This document shows, piece after piece, positions 31,050-45,000 of a stretch of DNA of 64,000 nt. The stretch is from Octopus vulgaris (Eukaryota), in contig OX597832.1 of assembly GCA_951406725.2 (NCBI GenBank), positions 16,740,001-16,804,000 on the forward strand, in the 5' to 3' direction. The translations under genes and the position numbers were made by a program. Position 1 is the stretch's first letter. The number at the start of each line of letters is the position of its first letter. The notes under the pieces are model-generated. The model was not told the DNA's origin. It did not search any database and saw nothing but the letters and a program-made list of their open reading frames with translations.

Positions 31050-33090
31050 AGCAATTATTCACCAAGAGAGTTGTAATTATTCCTTGGTTGACATCCAGCA
31101 TATTACTGGTATTCATACCAGTTGTGTCAGATTTAGATGAATCTTGTACCACTTAGACACATGAATTTGTTATAATAGATATGCATATTTTGTTAGGTTA
31201 CTGTTATTAATCCTTCTTCCAATACAGCTGCGACTGCTATTTTATCCATAGGATGTTGGATATCGTTATCACATATAAAAGAGCTAACTATTATATAACC
31301 AAAATGTCGCTATCAAAGCAGAGCTTATCTTTAAACATGAAAGGGAAATAAATAACAAAGCAATTACCACTTTCAATGTTTAAGTCGTTTAAGAAACTAT
31401 TTCTCCCGTCCAAATGATGTACCGATGTCACTACAGATTTCATATTAGTTCGGTCCTTGCCAAAATACTCATAGAGATCTTTACGCAACACAAGACTGTA
31501 CAAAATTATAATCTTACCAAAGAGGCTACTCAACGGATGAAAATCGGAAACAACATAATATTGAAAGGACCTTAAATGTTAAAAGATAAATGCGGTGAGG
31601 CGGCACCTTATGACATAGACTAAGACACTTCCTTTTATGTTTCCCCAATCTACTGACGTGAATATGAGTAGCTTGTTCTCACACCAACTGTCACATGCTG
31701 GTGTGTTACTGGTTCAAATATTTGGGGCGTTGAAGTATATATATATATGACTGATCATCACACACACAAACACACCTAATTACTTAAGCATAGTGCATGT
31801 CACTTAAACATGCTCTCTCGTGCGAATAACGGCTGGCTATTATACTCACTAGCAGCTATCCTAATGTTTTCAAATATAACTTTAAAATTTCCTTCTTAAG
31901 ATTTTCTTGAATACTACTGTACTCCCGAAGTGTACTTCACTGTCTAACATTTCGAGGTTGTTCATTAGAGTACTATTTCTGGGTGCTGTACTTATGAAAA
32001 TGTTAGGAGGTCGGACAGTTTTCCTAGTGTTCCCTGTTTTAATTATGTTAAAAGATACAACATCTAATGAAACCCGCGTTCATCTTAAAATGTCATATTT
32101 TGAGCTGATAGTTGAAACTGTCACACTAACTAAAAGGAGGAGACTCATTATATTTGAGCAGATGAAATTTTTAGTCATTTGGCTGGAAGATTGTTACAAG
32201 TTTAAAATATTTTTTTTTCTTGATTATAATGGTACAAGGGATGCCTCTCCTTTAACTGCATTGTTTAAGAAACGAGGCAATTTTGAAGATATTCTACAAC
32301 ATGCGACACGACATAGTAACAAAATTATAGAGATTATGTGAGTAAAGGATTATGTGAACGTTAATAGAAGACGTTGACAGCTGTCATCATCACTTCCAGA
32401 AAATTATCGCATCTGCAAGTTATTAAAGATTATTTTGACCAATGAAAATACTTTTCACAAATCTGAAGTAATTTAAAGACCACGGGAACTTTCATGTCCT
32501 CCTCGTTTCACTGTAAATGTACTGTGTAATTTAGATTCGCCGCTAAGTAACGGGATAATATAAACGGTTAATTGTATGTTATTATTTAGGCTTTCCAGAT
32601 ATTTTGAGCGGGATTCGGAACTGGTAACAATGTTGTAAGAATATATCATTAATGTGCAAAAACAAGAAGTGTTTGGATACACAATAAGTATACAATGTAC
32701 TAAAATAGCAATGCTCCTTATTTTGGGGGTAGTCCAACAAGACACAGAGAGAGACACATCAATAATCATGGATATTTCGAAATAAAGTGGTTGCTAACAA
32801 GGAGATATCGTTCCATATTCCTCCTTTGTGACACAAACTCCAGCGTTTTCTGATTGAGTATCTAGAATTGATCTTGCATCTCTCGTTTTTTAGTGATGGT
32901 GTCATAGAGTACACGTATAATCAAAATAGTAGTAGCCTTACCCAGCAAGTTATGTTTGAGTATATTCGTCTACATATTTCGTTTTTGGATTTGGTTTGCA
33001 AGATTCTTTATATGAGTTCATGTGTTGAAGCATATTCCGTTGTGTCTGGGGAGAGTCATTTTCATTTTGTACTTTATAATTTAACACGTT
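31050..33090 (-). mobile_element. Decayed Helitron RepHel fragment including PIF1 helicase remnants
   Basis: 32904-33085 is an inverted homologue of 29650-29830. Peptides TPKIRSIAILVHC and SSLFGKIIILY (compare FGGKxxxLxGDFRQ) lie downstream. Confidence 0.5.
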
Positions 33091-33472
33091 CACCGTTAAA
33101 ATTTTCACTTATTTCTTATTGTATTTTCCTAAAATTTTCAATAGTCTGCATAATATATTAAAGAACATTCCTTTATTTTATGATAATATGGTTTAATTCG
33201 GGTATAGTTTTAGTTGTTTATTTGGTCGGGACCGACAAAATATACGCAATATCCTGATATCTACATATCAGGAATATTTGTACTAATCAAAATAGTACAC
33301 GTGCAACATATATCTTCGAAGATCAATTAGGAGTATTGACTCTAGGCAAAAAGGCATTTTACTTCTATCAACAGAATACAATTACGCCCTAGATATATAT
33401 GTAAGTCTATTGTAACCTGAAATCTACCTTCCACATTTCGTCATCTGATTAATCAATGGGATTGAGCTAATA

Positions 33473-33780
33473 TGTGGAGGCGCAATGGCCCAGTGGCTAG
33501 GGTAGCGGACTCGCGGTCGGAGGATCGCGGTTTCGATGCCCAAACCGGGCGTTGTGTGTGTTTATTGAGCGAAAATACCTAAAGCTCCACGATCTCCGGC
33601 AGGGGTGGTGGCAACCCCTGTTGTACTCTTTCGCCCCAACTTTCTCTCACTCTTTCCTCCCGTTTCCTGAGTAACACTGCGATGAACTGGAGTCTCATCC
33701 GGTTGGGGGGAAGAAATACCCCACAGAAACCGGGAAACAGGGCCCATGAACCTGGCTACGCTTGAGAAGGGCGCATAAAT
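33473..33780 (+). mobile_element. SINE with family B head and alternative 3' tail (variant B2)
   Basis: Head and body match family B up to 'ctttctctcactctt', then an unrelated tail ends 'gagaagggcgcataaataataaa'. Confidence 0.8.
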
Positions 33781-34199
33781 AATAAATTGAGGGAATATAA
33801 TATCTGATATATTGCAGCCTTAACTGGAAATCGAACACTAAATTCCATTTACAAGGCATTGGATTAACCGGGTAGAAAACGCCTAAAGAGCCATGCAATA
33901 GAAAGAAACCCGGTCCAAAATAGTTGGTAACAAATATATAAACTAAGTGACCATGATATATAAATGGCTTATATTGAGATTGCCACTGTATTTGTTTGTA
34001 GTAGCAAATGCCACAAAGTATGACGGTAAGATATGAAACATTTATTTGCTTTTTTAATAAATTCTAAAAGAAAAAGTCGAGGTTGACATTTTTCACGAGT
34101 TGTAGAACTTTCAAATAGGAAACATTATATTTCCATAACATAATTATACATTTTTACTGAAAACTCATATAACAGAGACAATTTCAAAGACAACCCCTA

Positions 34200-34416
34200 A
34201 CTCCTTTATTCTTTTACTTGTTTCAGTCATTTGACTGCGGCCATGCAGGAGCACCGCCTCTAGTCAAGCAATTCAACCCCAGGACGTATTCTTTGTAAGT
34301 CTAGTAGTTATTCTGTCGGTCTCTTTTGCCGAACCGCTAAGTTACAGGGACATAAACACACCAGCATCGGTTGTTAAGCGACGTTGGGGAGGACAAACAC
34401 AGACAAACAATGATAC

Positions 34417-34451
<35 letters not shown>

Positions 34452-34626
34452 CATATACGACGGGCTTCTTCCAGTTTCCGTCTACCAAAACCACTCACAA
34501 GGCTTTGGTCCGCCCGAGGCTATAGCAGAAGACATTTACCCAAGATGCTACGCAGTGGAACTGAACCCATGTTCATGCAGTTGGTAATAAGCAAGCTACT
34601 TACCACAGAGCCACTCCTGAGCCTTA
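34200..34626 (-). mobile_element. SINE family A
   Basis: Colinear with 17941-18353. Confidence 0.9.
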
Positions 34627-35515
34627 TGTTTACATTAAAACATCAGACCAATTCTTTGCTGATATATATACACATTGTCTATGCTGTGCGTTGAAATCTA
34701 ATGGAAGAACGATTTCTGTTTATTTATTTATTTCGGTACAGCTAACATTAATGTTACCGGCATCGGTTTGTTGTGATCTATATTATCACCTAATTGTTTC
34801 ACGCTTGAGTGACAACGTGACTTTCTACCCTAAATCAAGAACAATTCCAACACAACTGAAATAATCCATTTGGTTAGTAATGCCTTTTATGCATTTTTAA
34901 TAATTTTGGTGCGATTTCTCCACTAATTTTTAAAAACGTTTTTTCTGTCGTGGGATGTAGATTTACAATGGACATTTTTTCTTCCATATCAGGTAAAACA
35001 ACTCCCTCTAGCCATAAGGTATTTGTTTCAATTAGCCTGTCTATCACCTTTGTTTTTGCTGCTTTCCAGCCGAGGAAAGCCAGACAGATGACAAATCCGT
35101 CAGACCTTATCTATGTCATTGTATATAGCCCTGGCGACAGTACCGGTTCGATATCTATACTTAGCTCTGCCAGACCTTTTGCTCGAGCGACATAAGTGAT
35201 GGTGTCGTATTCGATTTCGATACATATGTTAGGCCGACGTGATTCACTCCATTCGCCTGGATATCACTTTAAACCTCTCCATCACCTTTGATCGTTTAAC
35301 GACACTGATTTCGCAAACTAATGAAACAATTGTTAGGACTTTCCAACTCCTGGGGTGATTAAATTTGGCTATTGTCTTTTGAAAACAACATTTAATCCGC
35401 TTTTCTTTCGCTTAGTTTTACTTGATTGCTTCAACTGTAACAATTTTCTGGGATAAACATTTCCTTATATGACTCCAGCAGTTAACACAGAAATAAATAA
35501 CCAATCGTATGTTCT

Positions 35516-35970
35516 TAGGTGCTGGAGTGGTTATGTGGTAAGCAGGTTGCTCACCAACCAGATAGTTTCGGGTTCAGTCCCATTGCATAGCACAATGGGC
35601 AAGTGTCTTCTATAGCCTCGGGCCGACCAAAGGCTTGTGAGTGGATTTGGTACACGGAAACTGAAAGAAGCCTGCCGTATATATGTATGTATATATATAT
35701 ATATGTATATATATGTGTGTGTGTGTGTGTGTATGTGTGTGTGTGTGTGTGTGTTTGTGTGTCTGTGTTTGTCCCCCCAACATCGCCTGACAACCGATGC
35801 TGGTGTGTTTACGTCCCCGCAACTTAGCGGTTCGGCAAAAGAGACCGATAGAATAAGTACTAGGCTTACAAAGAATAAGACCTGGGGTCGATTTGCTCGA
35901 CTACAGGCGGTGCTCCAACATTGCAACAGTCAAATGACTCAAACAAGTAAAAGAGTAAAAGAGTAAAAGT
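35516..35970 (+). mobile_element. SINE family A
   Basis: tRNA-like head, internal (TG)n, and tail (gtaaaaga)n. Confidence 0.9.
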
Positions 35971-36220
35971 GAATAACTTTCAGTCTAAAGGAATGTACGT
36001 AATGTGAGATAAAATGAAAATATCAGGTGAAACAAAATGAAATACGATAAAAAGTTGCGATGGAAATATGGCTACTTTGTATTTGGATACTAATTACGTG
36101 TTTTTACCGTGATAAAATTGATCAACATCAGTCTACCTGCGTAAACAACGTATGCTACGTTACTGTAGTCGCATAAAATTGCCAATAGTTAGAGCTAAAT
36201 TTATAACAACGAAATATGTA

Positions 36221-36510
36221 TAGTTCTATATTTAAGAGATGAGGAATTACGTACACTATTTACATCATTGACATTCGACTAATATTTGTCCTCATCTTGT
36301 TTGTTGTTAGCACAACGTTTTGGCTGATATACTCTCCAGCCTTCTTCAGGTGTCTTGGCGAATTTAGGAATATGGGTTCTCATTCCTAAGGTATTTTTCG
36401 ATATTATTATTATTGTTGTATTTGTTGTTGTTGTTTGTGTTCAGGTCATTGCTTAGAGTCGAACTCGGAATATTGCGGTTAGTAGCTCACGCTCTTAATC
36501 ATTACGCCAT
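36221..36510 (-). mobile_element. SINE family E: tRNA-like head, (AAC/AAT)n linker and HHR-containing body
   Basis: Reverse complement reads TGGCGTAATGATTAAGAGCG...GAGTTCGACTC (A and B boxes), a linker, then AAGACAC-CTGAAGA-A-GGCTG..CAGCC-AAAACGTT-GTGC. Confidence 0.8.
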
Positions 36511-36532
36511 ATATCAAACGGGCATAACAACA

Positions 36533-36618
36533 TCGAAAAATACCTTAGGAATAAGAATCCAGGTTCGAAATTTCCCCAAGACACCTGATGAAGGCTGGAG
36601 GGTATATCAGCCGAAACG
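36533..36618 (+). mobile_element. Inverted partial copy of the family E body with an intact HHR core, truncated at stem III
   Basis: CTGATGA at 36585-36591, then A, GGCTG/CAGCC stem, GAAACG at 36613-36618, then unrelated sequence. Confidence 0.8.
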
Positions 36619-37318
36619 ACCAAAATGCCAAGATGGAGAATCATTGCCCATATACTAAACCCCCGTATTGCTGAGCAAAAACTCAAAATTTGTGTGGCAT
36701 GGATCCCCTGTTTTTATCCCTCAATAGATATTCTCTTCTGTATTCCCGTTTGCCACTTCCAACTGAATCACTATTCTATCACATTTTGTCTCTTAACTAA
36801 GCTACTTATCTATTCCATACATATAAACTCCTGGGAATACACATCTATTTATTTATCTATTACCAATGGTAAATTTATTTATTTTTCTTCTACACAATCA
36901 TTAGTCAGATTATACACTATTTATTTAATCACATCTTAACTCAGCTGGCTGAAACTAAGCCACTCTTTTGACCAAAGGTGTTTGAAAAATGCGGCGCGCT
37001 TTTGTTGGCAGTGTTATCAGCTCTTTTTGTATACATTGTTATTTCTTATTTCTAGTATTCACTTTCAAACATTATTCTTTCCTGTCTGCCATTGTACGAA
37101 TGTGTTTATGCCTGAAGCCGTCTCTTTCATTATCATAGTCTGTGTTTCTCAAATTCTGTTTTGTTGTTTGAAAATTTTTTGATGACGCATTTGTCTACAT
37201 TACTAAGGTTACTGATAATACCATTCTGGACAGCATCTCTTCTGCAGTTTATCAGATATTTATAGATTGCCCAACCTCATTGTATTCACTGTTATATTGT
37301 AATCCAGTGCATATATAA

Positions 37319-37376
<58 letters not shown>

Positions 37377-37902
37377 CAAACAATAATGAGAATACAAAAA
37401 GAGTTCCAAATGTATTTCCTTATACTTTTATTTTCTACCTCCAGTCACTCACATAATATCTACAACTTCTCTTCACGAAACTGTAACTAAAAAAACATTT
37501 TTATACTGATCCAAATCGCTATGCAAATTAGAATTATGTTCAAAAGTAGATTACACTCCTTTCACTTTGATTGGTAATAATTGGGCAAACTCAGAAAACA
37601 ATATATGCTTTATATGAGGAGCTACAAAACTTGTGGCAATGCTTATGTGTGCGCGTGTCTACGTGAGGATAGAAAGGTAATGGAATACGGAAAGGCATGT
37701 TTTTGAAAGGAAAATATATCACATCCTCAAATCCTTTTGCACCCCAAGAACAATTCACACGCTTTGTAGTTGATTATTTCCTCCGAATGACAGACACTCA
37801 ATGAGTCCGTGTAGCAGGTAACACTTGGAAAATATGCGTTGTTGTTGCAGCTGTAAGGGTATACATTAATGTCACTTCAGCTTTGTATTGTTGCTAATTC
37901 AC

Positions 37903-38152
37903 TTTCGATTCCCAGACAGGGCGTTGTGAGTGTTTCTTAAGCGAAAACACCTAAAGATCCACGAGGCTCTGGCAGGAGATGGTGACGATCCCTGCTGTAC
38001 TCTTTCGCCACAACTTTCTCTCACGCTTTCTTCTGTTGGTCTGCTCGCTTAGCCAGCGGAGTGGCGTAATTTGGAGGCTAAAACCATGGGAAGCGCATTG
38101 TGACCAGCGATGTGTAGCAACATCTGATAGCCTGCTCGGTTACAGTGACGGT
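37903..38152 (+). mobile_element. 5'-truncated SINE with family B body and a third 3' tail (variant B3)
   Basis: Starts at the B box 'tttcgattcccagac' and matches family B to 'ctttctctcac'. Tail is 'gcttagccagcgg...gtgaccagcgatgtgtagc'. Confidence 0.75.
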
Positions 38153-39878
38153 GATTTATAATCACACCCACTACTTGTGTCGTGTTTGTTTCCATTACTG
38201 TGCTCAACGTTCGCTCACAATTTCCAGGGGCTTTTCACTGTTGACAGCACCGAAAGTAAACAATGTCATCGATAAAAGCGCGAAATTGTAATGCATTTAA
38301 GCGATGGCTGACGACGAATAAGCATGTCCTATATTTTCGGTGTGAAATTTTCTTCGTTCGTTTGTCGAGGGTTTGTTAAATGTTTGAAACTTCTTATTTA
38401 ATGTAACACTACGCACCCATCTTTTTGTCACCCTGTATTACAAGAAAGTGTTGTACTTTTCCTTATTTCTCTTTTCTTTTTCTCTCTGCTCCCCCCTCCT
38501 CAACAACTTGCCTCACTGTTGCATTCTGTTTCGCTGCCCTTCTTCACCCTTTTTTCTTCTCCAACTAACATGTGACCCGTGATCATTCCCATGTCTCGGT
38601 CCAAATCCCGTTTTTCGGTTGGCCATTGACTTGTTCAGTCACTCTTCTCTCAGCCTCTCGTTTCCTCCGCTACTTGGAACATAGATGTTCTTCACTCCTC
38701 TCCGGCATTCTCTTTTGTTCTTGTCTTTTCTATTTCTTTGCTTTATTTCATCATCTCTCTCTCATCCTCTATTCTCACTCACTCTATCTCATTATTTCCC
38801 TCCCTCTCACCCCTTCTCTCTCATTCTCCGCTCTTCAAGCCTCTACGCTATCAAATACATTTTACTCCAACATAATAACTGCTGGGATTTCTACACTACA
38901 CTACCAATCTCTTGTTATATTTTCTCTTATCCACAATATAGAAGAGGCGCCTGGTTTTCTCTTACTTCAGTAGATATTATTAGTTCTAGATTGCTGACGC
39001 GAAAACTCTGTTCTTCCCAGAGACTTCGGTGAACACTCTCTCCCTCTAAACAATAGCAGGCGAACGATTACAGTCAACGCCATTACCCATTGCTATCTTA
39101 TGTTTCCCATCTCATTTCTCGACACTCTACAGAAAGATGTGGATGCATCATCTCAGCTTGCTTCCTTGTTTTATCGCAAATCTAGTATTTTAAGTGTGTG
39201 CGCGCGGAAACACTCACACACACACACACACACAACACATACTATGAAAGCTTTTGCAATTTTTATTATATCTTCCTGACTTGCTACGTTAATTAGTAAT
39301 AGGAGTGAGGACAAACAACAACAGAAAAAGGCCACATTTATCTTAATTAATGAGGGTAAAACATGATATAATATCTCAGGTCCTTGTAACATATATGACC
39401 CTTCTCCTAGCTGCATTCAACAGGCGTTGAATCTGACATAGATTAGTGGTAGATGTGCTATAACGGAAAAGGAGCGTGATCTAAGGTCATTTATTTATTC
39501 TCCAACATAATTCCCAACCTTCAGCTTAAGAGCCAAACCAGTGTGGCCTATATTATGCAGCACTCACAATTAGCGTTTAATGTGTGTGCAACACTTTTGT
39601 CCCGAGGTAGATATTGATCATCTTTTATGAATCAAAAGGCGGCCACAGTATCACCTGAATTAACAGTAATAAAGTTAGATTTTATCGGTGGAGACATTAC
39701 CCTCATGCAAAGTTGATCTTTGGCCTAAACACAACTATTAAAAAAAAATGTATGTTGATATGGTTTGGTAGTCTACTGAAAATAGACTGAATATAAAGAT
39801 CAGAAATAATGATGCGTTACCGTTACATTCTCCAAAATGCCTTATTTCCAAACTTCTGCATTTACGACTATCCCAATC

Positions 39879-40403
<525 letters not shown>

Positions 40404-41321
40404 ACGCTTCTTGTAATACGATTCGAAATTGCAATGAATACCAGTGCGCTCCACACTAAAATAGCCTCTGGTCTTGAAGCCAAGTTTTGTTTCCCATAGA
40501 TAATGTATTAGGCAGAACGGAGCAAATTAATGTGCCAGAAGAAACCAGCTAAGTGTAAATCCATATCTGAATTAAGAAATGCCTCGAGTCAAAGGCAAGA
40601 TCGGCCAGGTGAAAGAATGGATTAGTCTGTTGCTTCCAAACACACGCACAACCGCAACCGCACATTCGCTAGATATACACAGGTACACAAACACACAATG
40701 ACGCCTTTACGTGTGTATGTACACATAGATTCCCAATGATAACAAGACCGTAGAGAAGAGATTATAGAAGCTTTCTCTTGTGTTACTACAGTGCTCTTAC
40801 ACTCAATGATCATTTGCAACCAAAGGAGTTAACGGATAGCTCAAATCACCTAGAAATATTCAATGTCTAAATACGACCCAGGAATATAATTGATTTTCGA
40901 TCTCAACCAAAAGTAATGTAAAAACCAATTGGATAAACAAACGTGAATTTAATTTAAAATACAAATTTACTGCTTTCAGTCATTGGCCCAAGGTCAAACA
41001 GTAGCAGCGAACGGTGTTGTATTATCAGGTTGCATATATAGATCCCAGTATATTGTCAGGTGAATATTTTATCAATCGCATGATAAAATATGAAGATATT
41101 GTCATGTAATTAGAAATAAGTAGGTTAATCTTCGATTCTTTGTGATGTAGCTGTGTAATGAAGGCTTCTTCAAACGCAAATTTATGAGCTCACATACAAA
41201 CACACATAAAATCCATACACGCATTTATCTATATATAATGTTCTATTCAGTGGTGGTAAGGCCAGCAAAAATGTATTCCATCACCTGGTGAGAGAGAAGA
41301 ATTATTTAAAAGACACAATAA

Positions 41322-41483
41322 TGTTTTATGTGCTAGTAATAGTCTCATATGTTGAGAAATAACTCAAATATAATCATCAGACACAAACCACATATCGGTA
41401 CGACATAGAAATGAGGTTTGTGCCTGATAAATATGTTTCAGCCATTTCTCAACATATGAAACTCTTAGGAATACATAAAAACA
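41322..41483. repeat. ~160-bp imperfect palindrome (MITE-like hairpin)
   Basis: Paired arms tcatatgttgagaaat/atttctcaacatatga, atcagacacaaacc/ggtttgtgcctgat and ttttatg/cataaaa. Confidence 0.8.
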
Positions 41484-41570
41484 GGTATCGTGGCTAAGAC
41501 ATAATTTATATATATATATATATGTGTGTGTGTGTGGGTGTGTGTGTGTGTGTGGGTGTATGTATGTATG

Positions 41571-41631
<61 letters not shown>

Positions 41632-42099
41632 TTCATAACAGTATATAAGTAACAGTCATATTCGATTGCCACGTTATGTTGGCAAATAATCTTTACTCCT
41701 TACTCTAGAGTACTGTTACTGAAAATCTCTCTTTGAGAGAATTCCAAATAGAATTTATATATACATACATACGCTGATTTTCCAACAAGCAGAGATGCTA
41801 GTTCTAAAATCTCTCTAAGAGATCAATGCCGTATTTCCACTGACAAGTAATATCTGTAGCCATTTTAAGACGGTTGTCCGTTCGAGCCGAATTTACTGCG
41901 ATTTTTAAACCAAGAGCATATTTCTTCTAGCTGGTTAACGATGCCGAGCTCCGTCCGATAAAATTTCGGGCCGGAGAGCGAACCCCTACCATCTCCTAGC
42001 GAAGGGACCGGTAAATTGGTCCAGGTTTCACGTTATTTTTGCCACTCTTCAGTACTGGACACCTCGTCTGCTGGAGATGATAGCATCTCACTATATCAA

Positions 42100-43230
42100 T
42101 CATAATTTTGGGACGAAAAATTGTTTATACGGTGATCAGATGAAAAGCTCATACGCAGCCCAAGATGCTGTCTGTTATTTGACAACATATTACCCCTTAC
42201 ACTTCTTCCTTCATTGCTACAGTGCCGGGATCATTTCGATGGAGAACCGTTCGTCATGTTATTCAAAATGTCATCAACAGTGGACATGTCTTTATCCTTA
42301 CTGCAATAATAGTTCCCAACCAAATGTTATTTCTTCATCTGCAGGAAAATCTGGTAGTTAGAATCGGCCAAATTAAGAGAATGGTGAATATGATCAATGA
42401 GTTCAAGATGCAGTGTCGTACAGTAAAATTTGAAACTGAAGAATGCCTCGGCAATTTGGTATGTCCATTATCGGCGTAGCCTTTTTGAAGACAGGCAATA
42501 AACATAATGCTTTCATATCCCCAAAACCTGAGGCCATGATCTTTCCCGCAGATGAAGCAACCTTGGCCTTCTTTATCACAGGTCAAGAGCAGGCGTCTCT
42601 AGTGCAGGGTTTATCATTTTGTCTCTGGGTCTAAGTGAAAAACTTAACGCTCATTGTGGGTAAGAAAACATCGAAGGAAACTGGCTATAACTGTAGATTT
42701 TTCCGTGATGTGATAATCCTGGAGTGATTTTGATCAGGGTCCAGAAGACATGGCACGCATTCAGCAGAAACCTTTGTCATGCTAACTTCATTGTACAGAG
42801 TATTCTAAACTATCTCACTGGATGTGCTAATAATAATGACTATTTGATTTATAGTCAATCACTTATCATACATCACCCTATGGTGAATATGATCAATACT
42901 TACCCCAGCGGTGGCAGATGCAGGACGTCCAAAGCTTCAAGACTCACCGTTCCTCTCCCAAATACAAATGCCCATTTTTGTCGCTAAAGATGGTATTTCA
43001 TTATTTTATCCTCTGGTATATCAACCATGCCATAATGAATGCCGTTGGGAGCTGAACCCTTTTTCTGTACGTGGTTGTCAACATGAATATGCCAAATATT
43101 GTTAATTTGCAAGTTTGAAAGATACTTTCAACAGTCAGATGTCATTTTACCTGAAGAAAAAAAGCAATAAGAAGGGTTAAAATGAGCGCATGCAAAGTTT
43201 TACACCTCTAATAGTCAACCTATGGAATGC
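42100..43230 (-). mobile_element. Possible heavily decayed mariner-like transposase remnant
   Basis: Only a general resemblance to antisense mariner sequence, with no continuous frame. Confidence 0.3.
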
Positions 43231-43605
43231 TCAGCAAACCATCTTAGATTTATGTATAACATTTTCATATTCAGTTGACAATGTTTTGTGACTGGATGAT
43301 TTCTTCAGAAAATTCTTTAAATATATTAATTTATTATACGTTATAAATTATTTTTTTTTACGACTTTAGGGATCATACAAGGATGAATAAAAATCACGGT
43401 TTGATTAGCATGTGCGTGTATGTACAAAAGAGTTAAATTTAGCGTTGGTGCACAAGCTTACTTTTCAGAAATGCTTTATATTTTTTCTTTGCAAATTTGA
43501 ATGGATTAAAAATTTTTGCACGCAATTATTTTATGAATAACCATGTACCATGTTTCTCAAAGACAAATATACGAGCATCAGAGTTTGTATGCTTGTCTGC
43601 ACATG

Positions 43606-43646
<41 letters not shown>

Positions 43647-43669
43647 ATATATATATATATATGACATTG

Positions 43670-43886
43670 CGTGTTCGTATCCCGGACTAGGCTGCGTGTT
43701 GTGTTCTTGAGCAAGACACATTCCTTCATGTTGCTCCAGTTCACTCAACTGTAGAAATGAGTTGCAGGTGCCAAGCTGTATCGGCGTTTGCTTTTCCCTT
43801 GGATAACATTGGTGGCCTGGAGAGAGAGGAGGCTGTTATGCATGGGCGACTGCTGGTTTTCCATAAGCAATCTTGCCCGGACTGGT
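43670..43886 (+). mobile_element. SINE family D fragment
   Basis: B-box-like GTTCGTATCC followed by 'gtgttcttgagcaagacac...ttgctccagttcactcaactgtagaaatgag', a central SINE core-type sequence. Confidence 0.6.
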
Positions 43887-44007
43887 CAGTCATGACTGTA
43901 GGGGGTCTCAGCATATATGTATATGTATATGTATACATATATGTATATATTCACACACTCATACATGCATATATATGTATTCGTCTGTGTGAGTGAATGT
44001 GTGCATG

Positions 44008-44062
<55 letters not shown>

Positions 44063-44528
44063 TTGTTTATATGCATACATATATAGCTACATACATACCC
44101 AATGCACGTATACACGTATACAAAATCACAACGAAATAAGACAATGTTTTGATATTAATTCTTTATAAAAGGGACCCAAAATGAATCCTTCTTTGGAGTG
44201 ATGCTTCTCAAACTTCACTTCGAATTGCCCCCGTGAAATCTATCATATTGCACTCGACGTAATATTTTGACCCCGACCCTTTGTTCTTTACTCAAACTTT
44301 AATTTATTCTTCTCCTTTTTTCCCCTTTCTAACAATTCCTCTAAATATATACATATATATACGTATGTATATATGTATACACATATACAAGTATATAGAA
44401 TTCATATTATTTGATTGAACGCCACGCATCCATCTCCAAGCATGTATATATGTGTGTGTGTATGTATGTATACACACACTCGCACACATACTCACACTCA
44501 CATGCACACCCACACTTGGGTATGTTGG

Positions 44529-44567
<39 letters not shown>

Positions 44568-44574
44568 CTATATA

Positions 44575-44783
44575 GACTAATCCCTTGCTATATCGCAGTT
44601 CACATCCCGCCGTTTATTATGTAAATATACGTCGATTCCGCCGTTATAATAAAATAAATATATACAAATTATAAAAGTACTTTTTTTTTAAATATGCTGT
44701 ACATTACTGTTTTTAGTTCGCGGATTTTTCCCTATCGCGGGGTATTCGGGAAGAGAACACCCGCGGTATTGGAAGGATTACTG
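44575..44783. mobile_element. Tigger/pogo-like MITE
   Basis: Imperfect terminal inverted repeats gactaatcccttgctatatcgc and gcggtattggaaggattactg, flanked by TA on both sides. Confidence 0.65.
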
Positions 44784-44843
44784 TATATATATTCTCTTAT
44801 TTTAATTTTGTTCTTATTCATGCCGTCATTACTGTTGTCGACA

Positions 44844-45000
44844 AGGCGGCGAGCTCGCAGAATCGGTAGCGTGCAGGACGAAATGCTTATTAATATTTCG
44901 CCCGTCGTTACGTTCTGAGTTGACTTTTCATTTCACTCTCTGGGGGTCGATAAAATAAGTACTAGTTGAACCCTGGAGTCGATATAATCGGCTCATTTCA
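44844..45000 (+). mobile_element. SINE family C, internally deleted
   Basis: Head aggcggcgagctcgcagaatcg...ttacgttctgagtt, then core ggggtcgataaaataagtac. Confidence 0.75.
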
